Of a stretch of DNA of 64,000 bases, positions 1-11,936 are shown piece after piece. Position 1 is the stretch's first letter. Every line of letters starts with the position of its first letter. Made by a program: the position numbers and the translations under genes. The stretch is from Gemmatimonas sp. (GTDB lineage: Bacteria > Gemmatimonadota > Gemmatimonadetes > Gemmatimonadales > Gemmatimonadaceae). Under the pieces are notes generated by a model, which worked only from the letters and a program-made list of their open reading frames with translations, was not told the origin of the DNA and did not search any database. The DNA is taken from the NCBI GenBank assembly GCA_965279375.1, contig OZ257156.1, forward strand, positions 4,640,001 through 4,704,000. Reading direction: 5' to 3'.

Positions 1-699
1 CTTGAGCCCCGCGCCAAAATCGATGGACACGCGATAGAACGCGCTCCGCGCAGCGTTTACGCCGGCCAGGCGGAAGATGTCGGCGGCGAGCTTCTCGCGA
101 ATCAACGAAGGATCCGAGAAGCCGGGCGAAAACGAGAGCTCCTTGAAGCCGTGGAAGCGCTGGTCGGCGATCGCGGGGACCTTGTCTTCGAACTCGTCGA
201 ACTGCATCCGAAAGGGCAGCTTGTACGTGCCACTGCGCCAAGATGACGAGAGCGACGAGTTTCCCTTGAGTCGCCAGCCCACGTTCTTCCACGTCTTGCC
301 ATTGAACTTGAGCGTGACGTCGACGTAGTCGGGTTCAACCGACGGGAGACCACCGCCCGGCAGACCACCACCACCGCCCGGCGCCCCACCGCCTCCTCCT
401 CCTGGGCCGCCAACACCGCCTGCGCCGAAGTCACTACCAAACAGCGTACGCATGTTGGTCTTCACGCTGTCCCACTGCGACGCACGCATCGTGATCTCGA
501 TGCTGTTCACGGCCGCCTGCGGCAACACCGTGGCATAGTCTGGCGCAACGCCCTTACCGTGCGAGGCGGTGGTCCAGTCCGGGTTGTAGCTCGTCGGACT
601 GGCTTCTGGAGAGCCGGGAGACGCCGGGTCAGCGCGGCACGCAGTCAGCAGGGCAGCTGCCGATACGAGGCATGCTCGAAGTAGCGCGGATCGTTGCAT
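1..699 (-). CDS. CotH kinase family lipoprotein (partial, runs off window start)
   Basis: Not in the ORF track; translated by hand from ATG at 699: MQRSALLRACLVSAAALLTAC (lipobox), Gly-rich linker, then VGWRLKGNSS, KLPFRMQFDEF, FHGFKELSF, DPSLIREKLA (CotH N-terminal motifs). Open to the window edge. Confidence 0.8.
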   Translation of the reverse strand, partial: MQRSALLRACLVSAAALLTACRADPASPGSPEASPTSYNPDWTTASHGKGVAPDYATVLPQAAVNSIEITMRASQWDSVKTNMRTLFGSDFGAGGVGGPGGGGGGAPGGGGGLPGGGLPSVEPDYVDVTLKFNGKTWKNVGWRLKGNSSLSSSWRSGTYKLPFRMQFDEFEDKVPAIADQRFHGFKELSFSPGFSDPSLIREKLAADIFRLAGVNAARSAFYRVSIDFGAGLK

Positions 700-870
700 G
701 GGTGGCGGGGCGGGGGTTCGTCACGGTTCTGTTACAAAACACGTGACATTTGCCACACCCTATCGACCCCAACGGCCCCGGTTACCACGACAGGCATTGG
801 CGCCGTTCGGCGCGGCGCCCGACTGGCGCCGCGCCTTACGCGCGATCGCGGAGGCGCTCTCGCGTAAGCG

Positions 871-2820
871 CTATCGCGCTCCCGTGGCGGCTTTCAGCTT
901 GGACGCGCCGCCAACCACTGGGAGTGAAAGCGACGACTTCGCGAGATCGATGGAGAGCTGCGCACCCGGAGCTGGGCGGAGCGTGAACCCCGCGTCGGTG
1001 GACAGGATCATCAGCCCCAGCTGCTGACCGGGAAGGAGCACCTGATCGTCCGACTCGAGCGGCACGGTCAGCGTGTAGAACTTTCCGGGCTCGAGCGGTG
1101 AGCCTGCACGCATGAACGTGTAGTCGCCGGTGCCGCGCAGTGATTCGTGATTCTGCGGATCCGCCCATCCACGCGTGACGACGCCCACCTGCCCTGCACT
1201 GCCGATACGCGTGGTGTCGAAGGGCAGCGTGACCAGATAGACCGAGAGGTTCACCGCCGGCTTGTTGGCCGCGAGAGTCAGCGTCACGCTCGCGCGTCCC
1301 GACAGATGGATGGAGTCGGTGAGCGCAGGCAATGCATAGAGCAACCGATTGGGCGATGCAGCGGAGAGTGCCATCATCGCCGGAGTCACCAGCCCGTCGT
1401 CGGTGAACGTTTCGATGCTCGCAGCACGCGGAGCGCTGAATCCGAGCGCACCTACGCCGCTGCCGCCTTTGCTCAGGCGCAGCGTGACGTTGGCAGAGCC
1501 GGGCACAGGATAATCCGCGAAGAACGTCGGAGCCGGCGCCGCGCCACGGCCGCCCGCGACGGGTGCCGTTGCCGTCGATTGCACGATCATCGCGCGCGGC
1601 AGTGTATCGACGCCGTTCGCCACGCCGTAGAGATAGTGCGCCCACCACTTCGCCTGGATCTCCTGCGGCGGCGGTGCGCCATGTCCGCCTTGGCTCATGT
1701 ACAGCTTCGCGGAAGGGTTCACGTTCTTGAGCGCGTCCCACATGCGGATGGTATGCTCTGGCATCACGTTCCAGTCATTGAAGCCATGCGCGAACAGCAC
1801 CGCCGCCGTGATGTTCTTGGCCTGCGGCGTCTGATCGCGGTCCGCCCAGAACTGGTTGAAATCGCCGGACTGCCGATCGGCCGATGCCGCGAAGATGCCA
1901 TCACGCCAGATGCTGTCGCAGCGCTCGCGTACGCGGCCGCTGTGCACGAAATCGTAGAGCGCGTGCACGTCCTCGCCGAGGTAGCCACCGGGAGACCGCA
2001 CCAATCCGTTCGAGCGGTAGTAGCGATACTGCGACGTGTTGGGCGAGATCGGGATGATCGCTTCAAGTCCCTTCACTCCGCTCAGTGCCGCCGCCAACGG
2101 CATGGTGCCTTCATACGACACACCAGTCATGCCGACCTTGCCACTCGACCACGCGGTGGCACTCACTTCGACGTCGCCGTCGAGGGACGTGAATCCCTTG
2201 GCTCGACCGTTCAGCCAATCGATCACGAACTTGGGCGTCGCGTTCTCTATGGAGTCACCAACCGTCGGACACCCGCTGGACAGTCCGGTCCCCGCGTTCT
2301 CCGCGGCCACCGCAGCGAACCCGCGTGCCACCCACGCTACGGGACCGGACTTGAGCCGCATGTCCTCCGTGAACGGTTTGTAGGCAGGCACTTTGCGCAG
2401 CGGGGACGGTGCGCCGAGTTCCTGCGCAACGTCCCAATTGGGTGACTCCCCATTCGTAGGGCCAATGTAGGGAGACGACAGCATGAGGCTCGGCACCTTG
2501 AGCCCCGCCGCCTCCGCCGCCCCCGGTCGCACGACTTGCACGTGGATGCGGTCAGGCTTGCCGTCTCGATCGCTGTCGAAGTTGGTGAGCACCCACACCG
2601 ACTCGCGAACGAGTTTGGTGGAGTCGGCAAATTCGGTGACGGGCTGCAGCATGCCGTCCTTCACGACCACGTCCAGCTTGCCGTTCGCGCCGATGCCAGA
2701 GACGGGTGCGACGGCGCCAGTTCCCGGCCGATTCTGCGCGAGCAGGTGCGCCGGAGTGCCCAGCGCGCCGCCCGCGATCGCCAGCGCGAAGAACGTAGAA
2801 TGCGTGATCGAAAGCTGCAT
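871..2820 (-). CDS. Xaa-Pro dipeptidyl-peptidase (peptidase S15/PepX-like), secreted
   Basis: Signal peptide, DSDRDGKPDRI, IDWLNGR, nucleophile motif GVSYEG, HGFNDWNV, C-terminal PepX-like beta domain. Confidence 0.85.
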   Translation of the reverse strand: MQLSITHSTFFALAIAGGALGTPAHLLAQNRPGTGAVAPVSGIGANGKLDVVVKDGMLQPVTEFADSTKLVRESVWVLTNFDSDRDGKPDRIHVQVVRPGAAEAAGLKVPSLMLSSPYIGPTNGESPNWDVAQELGAPSPLRKVPAYKPFTEDMRLKSGPVAWVARGFAAVAAENAGTGLSSGCPTVGDSIENATPKFVIDWLNGRAKGFTSLDGDVEVSATAWSSGKVGMTGVSYEGTMPLAAALSGVKGLEAIIPISPNTSQYRYYRSNGLVRSPGGYLGEDVHALYDFVHSGRVRERCDSIWRDGIFAASADRQSGDFNQFWADRDQTPQAKNITAAVLFAHGFNDWNVMPEHTIRMWDALKNVNPSAKLYMSQGGHGAPPPQEIQAKWWAHYLYGVANGVDTLPRAMIVQSTATAPVAGGRGAAPAPTFFADYPVPGSANVTLRLSKGGSGVGALGFSAPRAASIETFTDDGLVTPAMMALSAASPNRLLYALPALTDSIHLSGRASVTLTLAANKPAVNLSVYLVTLPFDTTRIGSAGQVGVVTRGWADPQNHESLRGTGDYTFMRAGSPLEPGKFYTLTVPLESDDQVLLPGQQLGLMILSTDAGFTLRPAPGAQLSIDLAKSSLSLPVVGGASKLKAATGAR

Positions 2821-2965
2821 GTCGGAACCGTCCGCTTATGTGAGTTGGAACATGTCTGCCGCGCGCATGTAACTGCGTCGCCGACCTCGGCTACGTACCC
2901 GAACGCCAGAACTTACATCACCAGCCTCCACCCTTCACTTACCCTTCACTTACCCTACGCTCCCG

Positions 2966-4315
2966 CTACACCCGCACGACGCGCCAGCGGCCGCTTCCCC
3001 AGAGGACCGACATCACGACGCCACGCGCGGCCGCCGTCAACGCGAGCGTCCACCAGAGACCTGTGGTGCCGTATTGTGCAGCGGCCCACGCGCCGACCGG
3101 AATACGGAGCGCCGTGATCGCCGTGGACGACAGCATCGGCGGCAACGTCCACCCTGCCCCACCCATCGCGCTCTCGAGCACGACTTCCGCGCCAAGAAAC
3201 AGCTGGGAAAACGCAGCGATCCGCAGATAGTGCGCCGCTTCGGCCACCACCGCGGGATCGGTTGAGAAGATGCCCGCCAGCCACGTCGGCGCGAGCGTCG
3301 TGCACGCGGCCATCACGAAACCGACTCCGCTCACGATGGCGGCGGCGCTCCATCCCGCTTTGCGCGCGCGTTCCACGTTGCCGGCGCCGAGACTCTGTCC
3401 GACGATTGCAGCCACTGCCGCGCCGAAGCCGACGGCGATGACGTACACGATGCCTTCCACGCGAAAGCCGAGCCCCAGCGCGGCGAGCGCCGGCGTACCG
3501 AACTGCGTGGTGGTCCGCGTGAGGAACACGTAGATCGCGCTGAATGCGACACCCGTCGCTGCTGCCGGTGCCCCGATGCGTGCGATCGATGCGATCACGT
3601 CACGGCGCGGGAGTGCGAACCGCACCATTCCGCGCGCATGCAACACCGCGATGCCAGCGACACAGCCCAACGCGCGCGGAACAATCGTGGCCAGCGCCGC
3701 ACCACGCACGCCCATGGGCGCGATCGGACCGTAGCCGAGGATCAATAGCGGATCGAGCACGAGACCGAGCACCGTCGTGCAGGCGAGCACGTACAACGGA
3801 GTGCGCGTATCACCGCTCGCGCGAAACGCTGCATCCACGGCAAAGAAGCCGAAGATGAGCGGCATGCCCAGCAGATAGGTGCCGAGGTACTGCGCTCCGA
3901 TGCGCGTCACACCGGGACTCGTTTCCATCAACGCGAAGAGCGTCGGGATGAGCACCGGCGTGAGCACGGCAATGACGCATCCCAACGCGATGCCAAACAG
4001 CAATCCATCGCTGACCGTGCGCGCCGCTTCGCTGGGGCGACGCTCACCGTGTCGCCGTGCGACGATGGCGTCGACGCCGATGCTCACCATCTCACCGATC
4101 GAGATGACGAGCCAGATCCAGAAGATCGAAGCGGTGGCAGCGGCAAGTGAATCGGCACCGAGGTAGCGGCCGATCCAGAACGTGTCCACGGTGTGGAACA
4201 TGGTCATCAGCAGATTCGCGATGACCGCCGGAACCGCGACGCGCCGGATCGTGCGCGCCAACGGTTCATTGACCAGCGCGCCTTCCGACGCGTCGTGCTC
4301 TGCCTCGAGACTCAG
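2966..4315 (-). CDS. MATE family efflux transporter
   Basis: ~12 hydrophobic segments, VDTFWIG, FRASGDTRTP, VGQSLGAG. Start uncertain; placed at a CTG overlapping the mrp stop. Confidence 0.85.
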   Translation of the reverse strand: MSLEAEHDASEGALVNEPLARTIRRVAVPAVIANLLMTMFHTVDTFWIGRYLGADSLAAATASIFWIWLVISIGEMVSIGVDAIVARRHGERRPSEAARTVSDGLLFGIALGCVIAVLTPVLIPTLFALMETSPGVTRIGAQYLGTYLLGMPLIFGFFAVDAAFRASGDTRTPLYVLACTTVLGLVLDPLLILGYGPIAPMGVRGAALATIVPRALGCVAGIAVLHARGMVRFALPRRDVIASIARIGAPAAATGVAFSAIYVFLTRTTTQFGTPALAALGLGFRVEGIVYVIAVGFGAAVAAIVGQSLGAGNVERARKAGWSAAAIVSGVGFVMAACTTLAPTWLAGIFSTDPAVVAEAAHYLRIAAFSQLFLGAEVVLESAMGGAGWTLPPMLSSTAITALRIPVGAWAAAQYGTTGLWWTLALTAAARGVVMSVLWGSGRWRVVRV

Positions 4316-5448
4316 ACGCGGAGGTGTTGCGCGCCGTAGCGTTCGTTGAGCCGCTCGACTGCCTTGAGGGCAATGCTTTCGAGCGCCTTGGCCGCCTTGG
4401 AGGTCGGCTCCGCTGCGACGATCGGGCGTCCCGTGTCTCCGCCTTCCTGCACTCGCGGATCGAGCGGCACCTGGCCGAGCAGCGGCAGATTGCATTCCTG
4501 CGCGAGACGTTCACCGCCACCCGATCCGAACACCGCGATCGGCTTGCCCGTCTCCGGATTCTCGAACCACGACATGTTTTCGACGATACCGAGCACCGGC
4601 ACGCCCGTGCGCTCGAACATCTTCACGCCGCGCAGCGCGTCACCCACCGACACCTGCTGCGGCGTGGTGACGATGATCGCGCCATGCACTTGCGTGGCCT
4701 GTACGAGAGAGAGCTGCGCATCGCCCGTACCCGGCGGCATGTCCACCAGGAAGTAGTCGAGCTGGCCCCACGCGACATCGCGCAGGAACTGCGTGAGGAT
4801 CTTCATCACGATCGGACCGCGCCAGATCGCTGGCTGCTCCTTCTCGATCAGGAAGCCGAGCGAAATGACCTTGATGCCATACGCTTCGAGGGGAATGATC
4901 TTCTCGTCGCGTACAGCGGGTGCCGCATCGACTCCAAGCATCAGCGGAAGGTTAGGCCCGTAGATGTCGGCATCCATGATGCCCACGCGCTTGCCCTGCG
5001 CAGCCAGTGCGAGTGCGATGTTGACGGCAACCGTCGACTTGCCCACGCCGCCCTTGCCCGATGAGATGGCGATGATACGACCAAGCTGCGGATACGCGAC
5101 AGGCTCGGGGACCTTGGGCGGCGCCTTTGTCGGTGCGCTATCCATAACCGGAAGGGCTCGGCCTGTACCGCCAGTGGCCGGCGCCTGACGCGCGGGCGTC
5201 GGCTCGGACTGCGCGGGATCACGCACATCAATGCGTACCTCGGCGACGCCCAGTGCTTCTATCGCTTGCCGCACATCGCGCACGAGCATCGCCTCGTCGG
5301 CGGGCGAAAGCAGCAACGTCAGGCGGACTTTGCCGTCGGTGGTGGTCGCGATATCGCGCACCATTTCGGCGGCCATGACATCGGCGCCGGTGCGCGGATT
5401 GCGCACGCTGGCGAGGGCGCCAGCGATACGCTCCTGAAGGGTCGACAT
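4312..5448 (-). CDS. apbC: Mrp/NBP35 (ApbC) Fe-S cluster carrier ATPase
   Basis: SGKGGVGKST, DADIYGP, DMPPGTGD, ENMS motifs; N-terminal FeS assembly domain. Confidence 0.93.
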   Translation of the reverse strand: MSTLQERIAGALASVRNPRTGADVMAAEMVRDIATTTDGKVRLTLLLSPADEAMLVRDVRQAIEALGVAEVRIDVRDPAQSEPTPARQAPATGGTGRALPVMDSAPTKAPPKVPEPVAYPQLGRIIAISSGKGGVGKSTVAVNIALALAAQGKRVGIMDADIYGPNLPLMLGVDAAPAVRDEKIIPLEAYGIKVISLGFLIEKEQPAIWRGPIVMKILTQFLRDVAWGQLDYFLVDMPPGTGDAQLSLVQATQVHGAIIVTTPQQVSVGDALRGVKMFERTGVPVLGIVENMSWFENPETGKPIAVFGSGGGERLAQECNLPLLGQVPLDPRVQEGGDTGRPIVAAEPTSKAAKALESIALKAVERLNERYGAQHLRV

Positions 5449-5581
5449 GACGATCTAAGTGGTTCGAGGGCGAATACGGCGCAGGTACCTTCCCCGCGCT
5501 CCCCCGAAAGCTAGACGCCGCACGGTGTCCGACCAAGACGAGAACGCACCCGGGCGGTTCCCGTCTCGCAGGCTCGTAACC

Positions 5582-6625
5582 TTAGGCCCGCAGGTGACCC
5601 GTCGTCAGGTACTCACGGGCATCGGCCAGCACGCGCGTCCGCACTTCATCGAGCGAACCGGTAAGCAGGGCGCCGGACGCCTTGGCATGTCCACCGCCGC
5701 CGTAGGTGCGCGCCAACTGCTGTACGTCGACCGTACCCGTGCTACGGAACGACACCTTCACCTTGCCGTGGCCGAGATCGCGGAAGAACAAGGCGAGTCG
5801 CGTACCCGCGATCGAACGTGGATGCTCGACGATGCCGTCCAGTTCTTCGCTGGTGACGTCGTACTTCTCCATGACGCCGGCGTTGACGGCGATCCACGAG
5901 AGGCCGAGCGGAGCATCGACTTCCAGTGAGCCGAGCGCATCCCGCAGCAACTGTAGCCGCCCGACGCTCACCTGCGCGTAGATGCGGGAGTACATCTCCT
6001 CGGGATTCACGCCCGCCGTGAGCAGCGCCGACGCGATCGCGTGCGCGCGCGGCGACGTGTTGCTGAAGCGGAAGCTGCCCGTGTCGGTGAGAATCGCGCA
6101 GTAGAGCGACTGCGCAATCGCCGGCGTGAGGTCGAGATCCATCACGCAGGCGAAGTCGAAGACGAGTTCACCCGTCGCACAGGCGCGTGTGTCGGCGACC
6201 GCCAACTGCCCCACCGGTTCGTCGCCCGCGACATGATGATCGATGACGCCCACCGGCACTGTGATGCTTCGTACGGTGTCGGCCAACGCGCCAAGGCGGC
6301 GCACATCGTTGATGTCGAGCACGACGAGCGCGTCGATGTCCTTGAGCGCCTGCGCGCCTTCGGTACTCGCCTCCTGCACATCGGGACCGAGCAGAAACTC
6401 GAACATGCTCGGCCACGGCGTTGGATTGACGATGCGCGCGGTCACGCCCATCTGCGCCAGCAGTCGCGCCAGCGCGGTCTCCGAGCCGCAGCCATCGCCG
6501 TCGGAGTTGATGTGCGTTGAGAGGGCGACCGTCATACCGGGCTTGAACATCGCAACGAACGCACGAATGGCGTCCACACGAGCCGGTGCAACAGCGAGCA
6601 GGTCCTGCGCGGTAGGAGTCGTCAC
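5582..6625 (-). CDS. nrnA: DHH/DHHA1 phosphoesterase (bifunctional oligoribonuclease/PAP phosphatase, NrnA-like)
   Basis: THINSDGDGCGS, IDHH, TDTGSF, GGGHAKASG; GTG start at 6625 inferred. Confidence 0.88.
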   Translation of the reverse strand: MTTPTAQDLLAVAPARVDAIRAFVAMFKPGMTVALSTHINSDGDGCGSETALARLLAQMGVTARIVNPTPWPSMFEFLLGPDVQEASTEGAQALKDIDALVVLDINDVRRLGALADTVRSITVPVGVIDHHVAGDEPVGQLAVADTRACATGELVFDFACVMDLDLTPAIAQSLYCAILTDTGSFRFSNTSPRAHAIASALLTAGVNPEEMYSRIYAQVSVGRLQLLRDALGSLEVDAPLGLSWIAVNAGVMEKYDVTSEELDGIVEHPRSIAGTRLALFFRDLGHGKVKVSFRSTGTVDVQQLARTYGGGGHAKASGALLTGSLDEVRTRVLADAREYLTTGHLRA

Positions 6626-6635
6626 GAAACAGAGC

Positions 6636-6673
6636 AAAAGAGAACGGCGCCCGTATAGCACGGAGCGCCGTTC
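6636..6673 (-). terminator. Intrinsic terminator downstream of the amino acid permease
   Basis: Minus strand GAACGGCGCTCCGT-GCTAT-ACGGGCGCCGTTC followed by TCTTTT. Confidence 0.7.
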
Positions 6674-6716
6674 AAGTTACCCGCCAGCGTTCACTTCTGC
6701 TGGCGGACGATCTGCA

Positions 6717-8195
6717 TCAAGCCACCTTGTTCAGCGTGCTGTGCTTCTTGCCGTAGCCGAAGTAGAAGAACATGCCGATCGCGAGCCAGACAACCAGACG
6801 AATCCAGGTGTCCTTGCCGAGCCCGTAGATCATGGCGCCGCACACGATGATGCCGAGCGTGGAGACGACCGGAACCGCAGGCACGCGGAAGGCGCGATGC
6901 AATTCGGGGCGCTTGACGCGCAGGATCCAGACGCCGGCGCAGACGAGCATGAACGCGAAGAGCGTACCGATGCTGGTCATCTCGCCAACGATGCTGTCAG
7001 GAAGGAAGCCGGCGAACGCAGCAGTGAAGAAGAAGAACAGGAGGTTCGACTTCCACGGCGTGCGGTACTTGGGGTGCGTGTCCGAGAAGATCTTGGGTAC
7101 GAGGCCGTCGCGGCTCATCGAGTAGAACACGCGCGACTGGCCAAGGAGCATGACCAGAATGACCGAGCTGAAACCGGCGAGAATGGCGACGGTGACCATG
7201 TTCGCGAGCCAGCCGTAACCGATCATGTACTTCTCGATGGCGAACGCGACCGATGCTTCACCGCCCGCGCCGCGGAAATCTTCGACCGTGGCGACGCCGC
7301 TGAGCACGTGGGCAAAGAGCACGTAGAGCAGCGTGCAGACCACGAGCGAGCCGAGAATGCCGATCGGCATGTCGCGCGCCGGGTTCTTGGCTTCCTGCGC
7401 CGCGGTGGAGACCGCGTCGAAGCCGATGAAAGCGAAGAACACGACACCTGCTGCACCGAGAATACCCATGATGCCGCCGTAGGCGTGCGTCACACCGAGC
7501 TTGGTGGTGTACGTCGTGGCTTCCGGGATGTACGGCGTGTGATTGGCCGGGTTCATGAAGCCCCAGCCGATACCGATCACCATCATGACGATGGCGACTT
7601 TGGTGATCACGATGATGCCGTTGAGCAGTGCGGATTCCTGCGTGCCGCGCACCAACACCAGCGAGAGCAGCAACAGTACGATGACCGCCGGAACGTTCAT
7701 GATACCCTGCGTACCGGTGCCGGCCATCGTTTCAAACGGCGAGTGGCTCCATTGGTATGGTATAGCCCCTACGCCTAGTATCGTGAGCAATTTGTTGAAG
7801 TATTGACTCCATGCGATCGCGACGGTGGCCGCGCCGACCGCGTATTCGAGCACGAGGTCCCAGCCGATGATCCACGCGACCAACTCGCCCATGGTGGCGT
7901 ACGAGTACGTGTACGCGCTGCCGGCGATCGGGATCATGGAAGCGAACTCCGCGTAGCAGAGCCCCGCAAAGGCGCATCCCAAACCGGCGACAAGGAAGGC
8001 CAACGTCACTGACGGGCCCGCGCGCTCGGCGATTGCAGCCGCAGTTCGCACGAACAACCCGGCACCGATAATGGCACCGATCCCCAAACCGACGAGGGAC
8101 CACGCGCCGAGGGTGCGTTTCAGCGCACTCTCGCCCTCGACTCCTGCATCCTTCATCAGGAGATCGATCGACTTTGTTCGATTCATACTGGCCAC
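6717..8195 (-). CDS. APC-family amino acid permease
   Basis: GIGAIIGAG, CYAEFASMIP.AGSAYTY, FFAFIGFDAVST.A.E motifs; many TM segments. Confidence 0.93.
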   Translation of the reverse strand: MASMNRTKSIDLLMKDAGVEGESALKRTLGAWSLVGLGIGAIIGAGLFVRTAAAIAERAGPSVTLAFLVAGLGCAFAGLCYAEFASMIPIAGSAYTYSYATMGELVAWIIGWDLVLEYAVGAATVAIAWSQYFNKLLTILGVGAIPYQWSHSPFETMAGTGTQGIMNVPAVIVLLLLSLVLVRGTQESALLNGIIVITKVAIVMMVIGIGWGFMNPANHTPYIPEATTYTTKLGVTHAYGGIMGILGAAGVVFFAFIGFDAVSTAAQEAKNPARDMPIGILGSLVVCTLLYVLFAHVLSGVATVEDFRGAGGEASVAFAIEKYMIGYGWLANMVTVAILAGFSSVILVMLLGQSRVFYSMSRDGLVPKIFSDTHPKYRTPWKSNLLFFFFTAAFAGFLPDSIVGEMTSIGTLFAFMLVCAGVWILRVKRPELHRAFRVPAVPVVSTLGIIVCGAMIYGLGKDTWIRLVVWLAIGMFFYFGYGKKHSTLNKVA

Positions 8196-8246
8196 GAAAG
8201 ACCCTCTCAGTGTGCAGCGGCGGAGAACGCGGGAAATGCATCACAT

Positions 8247-8272
8247 GCAAAACGGCGACAAACTGTCGCCAT
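8247..8272 (-). terminator. Possible terminator after guaB
   Basis: Minus strand GGCGACA-GTT-TGTCGCC followed by GTTTT. Confidence 0.4.
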
Positions 8273-8366
8273 TCTGTTGCAACGGGCGAAGATGGCCGCC
8301 GGTCCACACGGAGTCAAGCACGGCTCGCGCATCGCAGCGACGAGCCGGAGAGCGGGCTGCCGCGCG

Positions 8367-9980
<1,614 letters not shown>

Positions 9981-10418
9981 CTAGGGATCGAGTGACGCGT
10001 CCTCGTCGACGCGTTCAGCACGGCGCGCCATCCGACGCAGCCGGCGACGGAGATGCGGCGGCAGAAAGAACCCCGCAGCGCCCACCACCCTCGTCACGTT
10101 CAGTTCAGACAAATCCTCGGCCGCGCCCCGCCAGTGCGTGAGCAGAACCCGCCGGCCCGCGTTGTCCATCAGCCGCTGCACCGCGAGCATGACGAAGAAG
10201 ACGTCGTCCACCTCGCCGAAGAACGGGATGAAGTCGGGAATGAAGTCCAGCGGCGATATCGCATACGCGATCGCCCCCAACACCATTGCCCGGTCCAGCT
10301 TGGAGACGCGGGCATCGCGCATCAGGCCGAAGAGCAGCCGGATGTAGGCCGGAATCTGCCGGATGGCGTGCAGGACAGTGCGCTTGGCGCCGGTCCGCGG
10401 CCGATCCGGGCGTCTCAC
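9981..10418 (-). CDS. YkvA/DUF1232 family membrane protein
   Basis: YAISPLDFIPDFIPFFGEVDD signature. Confidence 0.85.
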   Translation of the reverse strand: MRRPDRPRTGAKRTVLHAIRQIPAYIRLLFGLMRDARVSKLDRAMVLGAIAYAISPLDFIPDFIPFFGEVDDVFFVMLAVQRLMDNAGRRVLLTHWRGAAEDLSELNVTRVVGAAGFFLPPHLRRRLRRMARRAERVDEDASLDP

Positions 10419-10849
10419 GCGGCAGTCCCGGGGGGCACGACGCCAGACTGCGGCTGGGCGGTGGTGGCGTTGGCGGACTGGGCGGCGGGCATCGTGCCCG
10501 TCGTGCCGGGCGCCGCAGCGGGAGGCGCGCCCACCTGGTCGGCGGCGGTCTTGGCTGCGTTCACGACGTCGGTCGCGACCGACATGGTCGACTGCGCCAC
10601 GCCATTCAGCACACCCATCGCTCGATTGAGCAGTCCCATCGTGTCGGAGATGGTGCCCACCGCGACCCCACCGGAGCGCAGCTTGTCCTCCACACCCTCG
10701 GCGAACTTGGTGAAGACGCTGACCGGCGTGAGGGGCTTTTCGGCGTACTTCTGCTCGAGGAACTCGACGTAATCGAGCACCTGGTACAGTCGCTCATCGT
10801 TGAGCGTATCGAGCTTGCGAGCGATGCGCTCGCGAACATACGGGTTCAT
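10415..10849 (-). CDS. Hypothetical protein (N-terminus DUF2281-like)
   Basis: LDTLNDERLYQVLDYVEFLEQK helical N-terminus; 4-bp overlap with the downstream ykvA-like gene. Confidence 0.65.
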   Translation of the reverse strand: MNPYVRERIARKLDTLNDERLYQVLDYVEFLEQKYAEKPLTPVSVFTKFAEGVEDKLRSGGVAVGTISDTMGLLNRAMGVLNGVAQSTMSVATDVVNAAKTAADQVGAPPAAAPGTTGTMPAAQSANATTAQPQSGVVPPGTAA

Positions 10850-10937
10850 CAGGCTTCTCCCGCGTCACAGAGGGACGCGCATGCGGATGACGCACTGCCG
10901 GCGATGGCCCCCGTACGCGAGGCAGGAGCCGATCGAT

Positions 10938-11936
10938 TCAGCCGCGCCAGCGTTTCCGCTCGCCGCGCGCGTCGATGTGACAATATGGTGTCGCGAAGCG
11001 CCGGCTGGAGTACACGCCTAGGCCGCCGGCGAGTTCCGGATGCGTGCGCTCGACCCAGTCCACGGCCTGCTCGACACGATAGGCATCGAAGATGGTCAGC
11101 TTGCCGTCACCGTCCGCATCGATCGCCACGTCTGCCGCATCACCATAGAGGTGTCGCGAATCCCGTGCCGAACCTTCCACACCCGCGTTGTGCAGCGGTG
11201 TCCGGAAGCCGCTGTGCACTTCGAGATCGAAATCCATCTGCATCTCGCCGCGACGGCGTGACAGCTCGCGCAGGACCAGCTCGATCTTGTCGAGAACGCG
11301 CGGGTCGATGGCCACGTAGCGGGGCCAGATCGTCTGCGAATCGTGCGTGATGAAGTCGCGCACCTTGAGATGCCGAGTGAGCGGGAGGTCGAGTTGCGCT
11401 TCGCGAACCTCGGCGAAGCCTGCGGGACGCTCGCCCTGCTCGTTTCGCGACCACTCGGACGGATAGCGCCCGATCTGATATCCGTTGAGCGTGCTGCCCA
11501 GCTTGAGCTCGAAGGGCACCAAGACCGCGAGCCGAGGTGAGTGGATGCGCTGCTTGAGCCCCGCGCGGGTGACTTCGAGCTCGTAGAATCCGGCTTCGAG
11601 CGGGGCCAGGAGGGTATCGCCGTCGAGCGGGCGTGCTACGTCGCCGCTCTGATCGCTTTCGACGCGCACCCACTGATACGTGAACCCCGTTGGCGAGCCA
11701 TGCACCTGCAACGGGAACGCCACGCGTTCGCCGGCGCGCACGAAGTGCATCTGCACATCGCCACTGAGTCCGTACGATGCCGACGCTGCTTCAACCACCG
11801 GGACGCTGCGCTTGGCGCTTTCGGCAGAGGAACCGGCGAGCAGTTCGGTCGGCGGCTGATAGAGCTCGACCGCCGCGATGGCAGCGAGACCGCTCAGGAC
11901 GATAGCGACGCGGCGCTTCACTACAGGGCTCCCCAC
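10938..11936 (-). CDS. Peptidase M15A (D-Ala-D-Ala carboxypeptidase-type zinc metallohydrolase), exported
   Basis: SGFRTP..N, SRHLYGDAAD, YCHIDARG; N-terminal hydrophobic anchor. Confidence 0.8.
   Translation of the reverse strand: MGSPVVKRRVAIVLSGLAAIAAVELYQPPTELLAGSSAESAKRSVPVVEAASASYGLSGDVQMHFVRAGERVAFPLQVHGSPTGFTYQWVRVESDQSGDVARPLDGDTLLAPLEAGFYELEVTRAGLKQRIHSPRLAVLVPFELKLGSTLNGYQIGRYPSEWSRNEQGERPAGFAEVREAQLDLPLTRHLKVRDFITHDSQTIWPRYVAIDPRVLDKIELVLRELSRRRGEMQMDFDLEVHSGFRTPLHNAGVEGSARDSRHLYGDAADVAIDADGDGKLTIFDAYRVEQAVDWVERTHPELAGGLGVYSSRRFATPYCHIDARGERKRWRG

Noticed and set aside
809..835. GC hairpin after the PepX-like gene as a terminator
   Set aside because: The 11-bp stem is present, but there is no U tract on the relevant strand
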